Part shown: positions 7,955 to 14,296 of the stretch, in pieces | Layout of the letters: each line of letters starts with the position of its first letter | Position numbering within the stretch: position 1 is the stretch's first letter | Assembly (NCBI GenBank): GCA_900317915.1 | Contig: ONIO01000041.1 | Span: 1-15,663 of the forward strand | Reading direction: 5' to 3' | From: an uncultured Lachnospiraceae bacterium | Lineage (GTDB): Bacteria > Bacillota > Clostridia > Lachnospirales > Lachnospiraceae | DNA: 15,663 nt | Position numbers and translations under genes: made by a program | Notes under the pieces: model-generated | Databases searched by the model: none | Told to the model about the DNA's origin: nothing | The model's input: only the letters and a program-made list of their open reading frames with translations

Positions 7955-9522
7955 TTCCGATGACCACCGATCTGATTATTGCGAGTCATCTGGGTCGCTC
8001 CCTCTTCCAGGTTCATACCCTTTAGGACAGCATTCTTACCATACTTCATCTGTAGCTTCAGGATGGCCTCTTGAACCGCCTTATCCTTAGCCTGGTCTCG
8101 GTTACGCTTCTCGATCTCAGCCTTAACCTCTCTGAGCTTCTCATCCTCTGGTTCAATCACTCCAGATACTTCCCTGTCGAAGAAGCTAAGCTGCTTTAAG
8201 GTATTGGCATCCTCTTCTCCCTCAGGTCGAATGCGATCTGCTACCACATACATACGTCGAATCAGAAGTCCATCATTTACAATACGATCATAGAGTCTTG
8301 CTATTGCAGACACGATCTCTCGATTGGAATTGGTTTGACGTCCCAGGTGCTCCGTGCCATGAGCCATCTTAGGCATGGGTCTGCCATAGAAATCATAGAC
8401 AATTGGTCCTGTATAGTTCTGTAGTCTCGTAGGATCCGACAGGTTATCGATGTCATATCCAACAGATAAAACCACGCCACCTGCAGTGAGATGCTTTCGC
8501 ACCAAATCCAGTGCCAGAGTCTCAGCCATCTCCATAGCAACCAAGCGACCTTTATTCGCTTCGTATGCACAGCTTAAAACCTGGCCCTGAGACACAGATT
8601 TGGTTTCTGGTTTATATTTCTTAATCTCAGGAATACTTGCAGGCTCATAGCCAAAAGCATGATCCATTAGGAACTCGCCATTCACACCGAACTCTCGAAA
8701 GAACCACTCCTCATTCTGCACTGCCATCAGGGCTACATCCCCCATGGTATGCATGCCATTCTTATAGAGACGACGGGCAATGCCACCACCTATTCGCCAG
8801 AAGTCCGTAAGGGGGGTATGATCCCAGAGCTTCTCCCTATAGGACCGCTGGTCCAGTTCTGCGATACGGACACCATCTGCATCTGCCGGGATGTGCTTCG
8901 CCACAATGTCCATAGCCACCTTGGCCAGATACATATTGGTACCAATCCCTGCAGTGGCTGTAATCCCTGTCTCTCGAAGCACATCGTGGATCATGGTCAT
9001 AGCCATCTCATGTGGATTATGATGAAAGGCATGGAGATAGGCTGTCACATCCATAAAAACCTCATCAATGGAATAGACATGGATATCCTCAGGTGCCACA
9101 TAGCGAAGGTAGATCTCATAGATCCGGGTACTGATCTCCATATAACGAGCCATCTGAGGCGGCGCTGCGATATAGTCCAATTCATAGTCCGGGTGGGCCT
9201 CTAATACAAGGGAAGAAGTACTCTTCCCTAGAAACTCTGCCCTAGGATCTCTTCTCTGTCTCCGATAGCGCTCCTTTCGTCTCACATTCACTTCCTTCAC
9301 CGCCTGTACCACTTCAAAGAGTCGAGGACGGCCTGGAATCCCGTAGGCCTTCAGACTAGGGGAGACAGCTAAGCAGATGGTCTTCTCTGTACGGGTCACA
9401 TCTGCCACCACCAGATTCGTGGTCAGTGGGTCTAAGCCCCTCTCCCTGCACTCCACCGATGCATAGAAGGACTTCAAATCAATGGCGATATAGATATGGT
9501 CTTTTTCCTTGGTTTTTTCCAT
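7951..9522 (-). CDS. Y-family (translesion) DNA polymerase, UmuC/UvrX/YqjW subgroup
   Basis: The 523-aa product starts with the hallmark HIYIAIDLKSFYASVE and has the palm motif YSIDEVFMDV. It carries the basic insert VRRKERYRRQRRDP typical of the UvrX/YqjW subgroup. AAGGAGG lies 7 nt upstream of the ATG. Confidence 0.9.
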   Translation of the reverse strand: MEKTKEKDHIYIAIDLKSFYASVECRERGLDPLTTNLVVADVTRTEKTICLAVSPSLKAYGIPGRPRLFEVVQAVKEVNVRRKERYRRQRRDPRAEFLGKSTSSLVLEAHPDYELDYIAAPPQMARYMEISTRIYEIYLRYVAPEDIHVYSIDEVFMDVTAYLHAFHHNPHEMAMTMIHDVLRETGITATAGIGTNMYLAKVAMDIVAKHIPADADGVRIAELDQRSYREKLWDHTPLTDFWRIGGGIARRLYKNGMHTMGDVALMAVQNEEWFFREFGVNGEFLMDHAFGYEPASIPEIKKYKPETKSVSQGQVLSCAYEANKGRLVAMEMAETLALDLVRKHLTAGGVVLSVGYDIDNLSDPTRLQNYTGPIVYDFYGRPMPKMAHGTEHLGRQTNSNREIVSAIARLYDRIVNDGLLIRRMYVVADRIRPEGEEDANTLKQLSFFDREVSGVIEPEDEKLREVKAEIEKRNRDQAKDKAVQEAILKLQMKYGKNAVLKGMNLEEGATQMTRNNQIGGHRK

Positions 9523-9560
9523 CGAAAGTCCTCCTTTCTTTCCTTAATAAAAGTTCTATT

Positions 9561-9589
9561 ATTATACCAAATATATGTTCGATTGCCAA
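9561..9589 (-). promoter_or_regulatory. SigA-type promoter TTGGCA-17-TATAAT for the polymerase/YolD operon, with a LexA (Cheo-box)-like site in the spacer
   Basis: Minus strand: -35 TTGGCA (9584-9589), a 17-nt spacer, then -10 TATAAT (9561-9566). The spacer holds CGAACATATATTTG (9568-9581), which matches the Bacillus LexA consensus CGAACATATGTTCG at 12 of 14 positions but only 6 of 8 on the GAAC-N4-GTTC core. Confidence 0.4.
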
Positions 9590-9671
9590 CTGATTACTCC
9601 CAAATAAGAAAAGCGGTTTATATTTCCCGAGGAGACAAAAAAAGCACAGCAGAAACAATCAAAATATATGG

Positions 9672-9700
9672 TTTACGAAACGTATGAGGAGAATTACAAT
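9672..9700 (+). promoter_or_regulatory. Candidate SigA-like promoter TTTACG-17-TACAAT for the plus-strand four-gene operon
   Basis: Pattern match only. It lies about 40 nt upstream of the GGGAGG RBS. No convincing sigma-W (TGAAAC-N16-CGTA) motif was found. Confidence 0.25.
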
Positions 9701-9738
9701 AAGAGCCAGAGTAACAGTTCACTTAGGGAGGTAAAGTT

Positions 9739-11361
9739 ATGAAGTGTCTGAATTGCGGCGCAGAAGTCCGATTCGACCCAGCCAGCCAAGGCCTGGTCTG
9801 TGACAGCTGCGGCACATCCTATGACCTGAACTCCTATGATAAGGAAGCCGAAAAAGTCTATGCAGAGAAAGACATCGATGCTACTCTTGATGCCAACAAT
9901 TCTCCAGGCGACGGCTCACTGGGAGAAAACCCAGGTCGACTAAAATACCACGAAAAATACATCATATATCATTGCCAATCCTGTGGTGCAGAACTCATGG
10001 GCGCGCCAAATGAAGTCGCTCCTTTCTGTCACTACTGCGGCAGTCAGAATATGATCCAAACGGGGGAAGAGGCCTTTCGACCGGCCACAGTCATTCCCTT
10101 TCAGCTAACCAAGGAACAGGCGATTACCAATTATGTAGACACCTTGTCTAAGGTAAAGTTTCTGCCACCAGACCTGAAGCAACAGGAATACCTGAACGGC
10201 TTCCGTGGCATCTACATCCCCTACTATCGCTACAATTACGATGCACAGGGGAACGCTACCCTGTCTGTATCAGAGGATCGAAATGTAGGCGGCCGACGTC
10301 ACGAGGTTACAGAGTACGAGAATCGCTACCAAGTCAGCGGTAGCTTCCATGTCAATGATAAGGACGCTGAGCTGGCACTTGATGATTCCATCACCCAGCA
10401 GATTGCTCCTTACGAGAATGGCAGCGAGCGATACTTCCGAGATGGCTATATCGCAGGCTTCTATACGGATCGACCCGATGTAAGTCCTGACCTCTATAAG
10501 GACAAGGCCTGGGCTGAGACCGGAACAGTTATCCAGAATCGACTCTATAATAGAGGCTCTGACCTCTATGGAACCATAGAATCAAGTGATGTCTCCGGTG
10601 TCCAGGTAACACCTGTGGGAGTTCAGACCTCCATTCGTCCAACCTGGTTCCTCACTTGGAAAAAGGGCAATCGAATGCTCTACTCCGTTATGAACGGCCA
10701 GACCGGTAAGCTCTTCGCGGATATTCCAATCGACTTTGGCTCTTACTTTAGGATGTCCCTTTTGGTGTCCTTAATTATGTTCGTCATAATGTGGATTGCA
10801 ACAGCATTCATTACAGTGACTCCAGCCAAGTCCTTGCTTCTCACAGCAAGTATCATCGATGCACTTTTGATTCTGGCTGGTAGAAATGTAGCCCAGTACG
10901 AGAAGAGACTCCATAGTGCTGTGGATAATAAGGTCCACTTTCACTTCATGACATCTAAGAGTCTTCGCCTGGGATCTGGTGACTCTGCTAACTACGGATT
11001 CATCATTTTCTTAGTGATTCTAATGGTTCTGAGTTGCTTTAAGGATGCAGACTTCATCCTCTACCTATTGCCGCTGATCCTTGGAATAATGGTAATCGTG
11101 ATGACTTTGGTTCCATCCTGCAAGGCCAAGAGCTACGGGCAGTTATTCATCGCACTGATTGGCATGCTTCTGTCCCTCATTACACCAATCGCAGCCGCCG
11201 CCGATCTACCACAGGATTACATCTACTATGGTGTTTCCCTGGTATTCATCGTCCTTGGACTCCTGTCCACTGGGATGATGTTCCATCGCTACAACCTATT
11301 AGCGACCCATCCAGTACCGAACTTCTTCACAAGGGAAGGAGGTAACAATGGACGCTATTAA
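9739..11361 (+). CDS. YdjG-like membrane protein: two N-terminal zinc ribbons, an uncharacterised ~220-aa central domain, and a 6-TM C-terminal domain
   Basis: The 540-aa product has two C-x2-C-x14-C-x2-C modules: CLNCG...CDSCG and CQSCG...CHYCG. A central region (IPFQLT...YIPYYRY...) has no motif I recognise. Residues ~330-520 contain six hydrophobic helices. A GGGAGG RBS lies 7 nt upstream. Confidence 0.6.
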   Translation: MKCLNCGAEVRFDPASQGLVCDSCGTSYDLNSYDKEAEKVYAEKDIDATLDANNSPGDGSLGENPGRLKYHEKYIIYHCQSCGAELMGAPNEVAPFCHYCGSQNMIQTGEEAFRPATVIPFQLTKEQAITNYVDTLSKVKFLPPDLKQQEYLNGFRGIYIPYYRYNYDAQGNATLSVSEDRNVGGRRHEVTEYENRYQVSGSFHVNDKDAELALDDSITQQIAPYENGSERYFRDGYIAGFYTDRPDVSPDLYKDKAWAETGTVIQNRLYNRGSDLYGTIESSDVSGVQVTPVGVQTSIRPTWFLTWKKGNRMLYSVMNGQTGKLFADIPIDFGSYFRMSLLVSLIMFVIMWIATAFITVTPAKSLLLTASIIDALLILAGRNVAQYEKRLHSAVDNKVHFHFMTSKSLRLGSGDSANYGFIIFLVILMVLSCFKDADFILYLLPLILGIMVIVMTLVPSCKAKSYGQLFIALIGMLLSLITPIAAAADLPQDYIYYGVSLVFIVLGLLSTGMMFHRYNLLATHPVPNFFTREGGNNGRY

Positions 11362-12202
11362 AATGAGAACCAAGCGGAACTTTACGGGACGACTTCTACT
11401 CCTCTTAAGCATCAGTTTCATGCTTGTCCTTGGGGCATTCCTGCCGCAGACAGCATATGTACATGCTACAGAAAGTGATCCAGAGACCAGCATCACAGAT
11501 GACTACTACTACGAAGAAGCAGTTGGTAATTATCACATCTACTTCTATGATGAGGCCAGATTAATCTCCTCTAGTGAAAGAGATGAAGTCATCGATGCTA
11601 TGAGAAATGCAGCGGTGAAGGGAGACATGATCTTCTACACCACCAATGACAGACTTTCTAGCGATGAGAACAGTCACTGTAGACAGATTGTCAACCATTT
11701 CTCAAGCACCTCGAGAAATGCTACCGTCTTCGGAATCTTCATGGGGAATCGTAAGCTCTATATCTTCGATACCAAGTCCATGCAGCGGATCATCTCCGAT
11801 CAGGCAGCGACCAGCATCTGCGACCGCATCTATAAGCACGCAAGCAATGCTGACTATGCACGTTGCGCACGTAATGCTTTCGAATTACTACAGGCCAAGC
11901 AGGAAGGCGGCTTCATCGCCGAGCCAATGCGTATCCTTACCCTATTAATGATCTCTCTAGCCATGGGACTTGCAGTTACCTTCGTGGTAGCTGTCATCTC
12001 TAGATCTAAGATCAATGGATCCAAGGAAGAAGCCGAGGAAGATAATAATTCCGATACGCTAGGCGTCAACCTAATTGAGAGCCGTGTCACCAGACACTAC
12101 TTCTACACCGAGTCCGATAGCTCCTCTTCAGGAGGAGGCGGCAGCAGTGGTGGAGGAGGCAGTAGCGGTGGCGGAGGCGGTGGCGGAGGCCACAGCTTCT
12201 AG
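11348..12202 (+). CDS. TPM-domain-like (UPF0603, YgcG/YdjH-type) single-pass membrane protein with a Gly/Ser-rich C-terminal tail
   Basis: The 284-aa product has an N-terminal signal/TM segment (LLLLLSISFMLVLGAF). A divergent TPM-like core runs YFYDEARLISSSERDEVIDAM...ATVFGIFMGNRKLYIFDTKSMQRIISDQAATSICDRI. One TM follows (ILTLLMISLAMGLAVTFVVAVIS), then an acidic linker and the tail SSSSGGGGSSGGGGSSGGGGGGGGHSF. A strong RBS AGGAGGT sits 5 nt upstream. The CDS overlaps the upstream gene by 14 nt. Confidence 0.6.
   Translation: MDAIKMRTKRNFTGRLLLLLSISFMLVLGAFLPQTAYVHATESDPETSITDDYYYEEAVGNYHIYFYDEARLISSSERDEVIDAMRNAAVKGDMIFYTTNDRLSSDENSHCRQIVNHFSSTSRNATVFGIFMGNRKLYIFDTKSMQRIISDQAATSICDRIYKHASNADYARCARNAFELLQAKQEGGFIAEPMRILTLLMISLAMGLAVTFVVAVISRSKINGSKEEAEEDNNSDTLGVNLIESRVTRHYFYTESDSSSSGGGGSSGGGGSSGGGGGGGGHSF
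12119..12199 (+). repeat. Low-complexity GGN/AGC repeat tract encoding the Gly/Ser tail
   Basis: Reiterated GGAGGAGGCGGCAGCAGTGGTGGAGGAGGCAGTAGCGGTGGCGGAGGCGGTGGCGGAGGC. Such tracts are slippage-prone, and this one generates spurious overlapping ORFs in other frames. Confidence 0.7.
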
Positions 12203-12342
12203 TCACAACTGCTTCGGAAATGTAGACCCTGGGCCAAAAGAAAGGCATGGTTTACATTTTCACCCAATCGCTAATGGTAACATCCGCAATAACTGCGGTT
12301 ATAAACAACTGTGTTCGATAACACACGAGGAGGTAAATACTT

Positions 12343-13020
12343 ATGGGAATTTTAAAGAGATTCAATGACATCATGGCATCTAATATCAATGCTTTACTGG
12401 ATAAGGCTGAGGATCCTGAAAAGATGGTGGATCAGACACTGAGAAACCTGCAGGAGGACTTTGGTAAAGTAAAGGCTGAGACCGCAGGTGTTATGGCTGA
12501 CGAGAAGCGTGCAAAGCGTGAATTAGACGAGGCAAAGGCTGAGGCTGACAAGTACGCTAACTACGCACAGAAGGCTGTTGCTGCTGGTAATGACGACGAT
12601 GCTCGTACTTTCCTGCAGAAGAAGGCTGAGGTAACTCAGAATATTGCTGGTCTCCAGGCTGCTTACGATGCTGCACATGAGAACTCTGTTAAGATGCAGC
12701 AGATGTACGACAAGCTGGCTAAGGATATCGAGACACTTGAGGCCAAGAGAGACACCATTAAGGCCAAGATCCGCACAGCAAAGGCTCAGGAGCGTGTCAA
12801 TAAGATGACATCTTCTATCCCTGATTCTGCTGATTCTCTCTCCACCTTCGATCGCTTAGAGAAGCAGGCTGATCGTATGCTCGATAAGGCTCAGGCTGAA
12901 GAAGAATTAAATGGTCATGGTAAGACAGATACCTCTGCTCTGGAAGAAAAGTATGCTGACAATGCTTCAAAGGATGCAGATATCGAAGCAGAGCTTGCTG
13001 CACTGAAAGCAAATATGTAA
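12343..13020 (+). CDS. pspA: PspA/IM30 (phage shock protein A / LiaH / Vipp1; ESCRT-III superfamily) protein
   Basis: The 225-aa product is coiled-coil throughout. Its N-terminus, MGILKRFNDIMASNINALLDKAEDPEKMVDQTLRNL, closely parallels B. subtilis PspA (YdjF) and LiaH. RBS GAGGAGGT lies 8 nt upstream. Confidence 0.9.
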   Translation: MGILKRFNDIMASNINALLDKAEDPEKMVDQTLRNLQEDFGKVKAETAGVMADEKRAKRELDEAKAEADKYANYAQKAVAAGNDDDARTFLQKKAEVTQNIAGLQAAYDAAHENSVKMQQMYDKLAKDIETLEAKRDTIKAKIRTAKAQERVNKMTSSIPDSADSLSTFDRLEKQADRMLDKAQAEEELNGHGKTDTSALEEKYADNASKDADIEAELAALKANM

Positions 13021-13109
13021 TCTTATAGATGTAAGAAAAGGCGAAGGGCTTCATCTGGTATGGAGTCCTTCCTTTGCTACAAGGTCCACAAGAATACGAG
13101 GTAAGAACT

Positions 13110-14099
13110 ATGGGATTTTTGCATAAGCAATTAGATAACGTTGTAGAATGGGAAGAAACCGATCCCAACGTCATCTTCCACAAATGGGATAATACGGAGA
13201 TCAAGAAGGGCTCGAAGCTCATCATTCGCCCTGGTCAGGATGCAATCTTCTACTACAATGGCCGTATCGAGGGTGTGTTCAGAGACGAGGGACGATTCGA
13301 TATCGAGTCTGACATCATTCCTTTCCTGTCCACTCTGAAGGGCTTCAAGTTTGGTTTTGATAGTGCTCTTCGTGCAGAAGTGCTCTTCATTAATACCAAG
13401 GAATTCATCATGCAGTGGGGCACACAGAATCCTGTGAATATCCCTGCTCCAAATATGCCAGGCGGTATGCCAATCCGTGCAAATGGTACTGCTACTATCA
13501 AGGTACAGGACGATGAGGAACTGATTGCAAAGGTTGCCGGTGTAAAGAACGAATTCACTGTTTCTGATGTTCGTGAGCGAATCATCACATTATTAAATCC
13601 TCTTTTAATGAAGCATATCTCTTCAGAAGGAAAGGATATGTTCAACCTGCAGGCTTCTGCAATCCAGATTGGAAATGGTATCCGAGAGGATCTAGACATG
13701 GAGACCCTGAAGATGGGTATCACTGTCTGCAGCTTCTCTGTCAATAGCTTCAGCTATCCTCAGGAAGTTCAGAATATGATCAATAAGAACGCTACCATAA
13801 ATATGATGGGCGATGTAAGTAAGTACCAGCAGGTTGCTATGGCTGAGTCCATGGAGCATGGTGGTAACAGCTCTGCCGGATCCAATGCTGCAGGTATGGC
13901 TGGTTCCATGGCTGGCATGATGATGGGTATGCAGATGGCGAAGGAGATGGTGAATAACATGAATGGTAATTCCCAGGCTCCAGCTAATGGTGCTGCTACT
14001 GGTGCAGCTACTGGTGCAGGTCCTAAGTTCTGTCCAGAGTGTGGTACTCCTACCAACGGAGCTAAGTTCTGCCCTGAGTGTGGTACGAAACTGGTATAA
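13110..14099 (+). CDS. SPFH/band-7-like protein (YdjI-type) with a Met/Gly-rich linker and a C-terminal C4 zinc ribbon
   Basis: I place the start at 13110 (MGFLHKQLDNVVEWEE), not the track's 13074, because it has an RBS GAGGT 7 nt upstream and matches the YdjI-type N-terminus. The C-terminus reads AGMAGSMAGMMMGMQM...ATGAATGAGPKFCPECGTPTNGAKFCPECGTKLV. The YdjI-type assignment is from motif recall, not a search. Confidence 0.75.
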   Translation: MGFLHKQLDNVVEWEETDPNVIFHKWDNTEIKKGSKLIIRPGQDAIFYYNGRIEGVFRDEGRFDIESDIIPFLSTLKGFKFGFDSALRAEVLFINTKEFIMQWGTQNPVNIPAPNMPGGMPIRANGTATIKVQDDEELIAKVAGVKNEFTVSDVRERIITLLNPLLMKHISSEGKDMFNLQASAIQIGNGIREDLDMETLKMGITVCSFSVNSFSYPQEVQNMINKNATINMMGDVSKYQQVAMAESMEHGGNSSAGSNAAGMAGSMAGMMMGMQMAKEMVNNMNGNSQAPANGAATGAATGAGPKFCPECGTPTNGAKFCPECGTKLV

Positions 14100-14176
14100 A
14101 ACTTTGTTCCATGAAAATAAGTTGATAAACCCTAGTTCGTAAATCCAGTTGGTAGAAAAGGAAGTTGAAATAAAAT

Positions 14177-14224
14177 AAAAGGAAGTGAGATTAGCCAGAT
14201 GGCAGCTCACTTCCTTTTTTATTA
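14177..14224. terminator. Bidirectional rho-independent terminator between the convergent SPFH gene and GH3 gene
   Basis: The stem AAAAGGAAGTGAG / CTCACTTCCTTTT (14177-14218) is followed by TTTTTTATT on the plus strand and by TTTTATTTTATTT on the minus-strand transcript. Confidence 0.7.
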
Positions 14225-14296
14225 TGTTTACCCTACTTCCATTGGCCCACTGGTCACAAGCGCCAGGTCAGCCAGGGGATTTAGTCCCTAATGGAT

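Noticed and set aside
8749-9204. A 151-aa plus-strand ORF and an 89-aa minus-strand ORF inside the polymerase gene, plus a 175-aa plus-strand ORF at 5418..5945 inside galT
   Set aside because: All are embedded in or antisense to confidently assigned CDSs and have no recognisable motifs. I treat them as chance ORFs.
7397-9522. Prophage or mobile-element origin for the Y-polymerase/YolD pair (as for SP-beta uvrX-yolD)
   Set aside because: There is no integrase, no att-like repeats, and no phage or conjugation genes in the window. The flanking genes are housekeeping (rsuA, galT). This cannot be excluded without a wider context.
9600-9738. A sigma-W-type promoter (TGAAAC-N16-CGTA), expected by analogy with B. 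subtilis pspA-ydjGHI
   Set aside because: Only partial GAAAC and CGTA-like fragments are present (AGAAAC...TACG at the wrong spacing). No convincing ECF promoter could be aligned.
12075-12368. A 97-aa ORF on the plus strand (EEAAAVVEEAVAVAEAVAEA...) and a 78-aa ORF on the minus strand at 11854..12090
   Set aside because: These are alternative-frame or antisense readings of the GGN/AGC Gly-Ser tail tract of the TPM-like gene. Both are low-complexity and overlap a well-supported CDS.
13253-14210. Three antisense ORFs (163, 172 and 95 aa) opposite the SPFH gene
   Set aside because: They sit fully inside a strongly supported plus-strand CDS. Their compositions are Cys/His/Thr-rich or hydrophobic junk, and they have no RBS.
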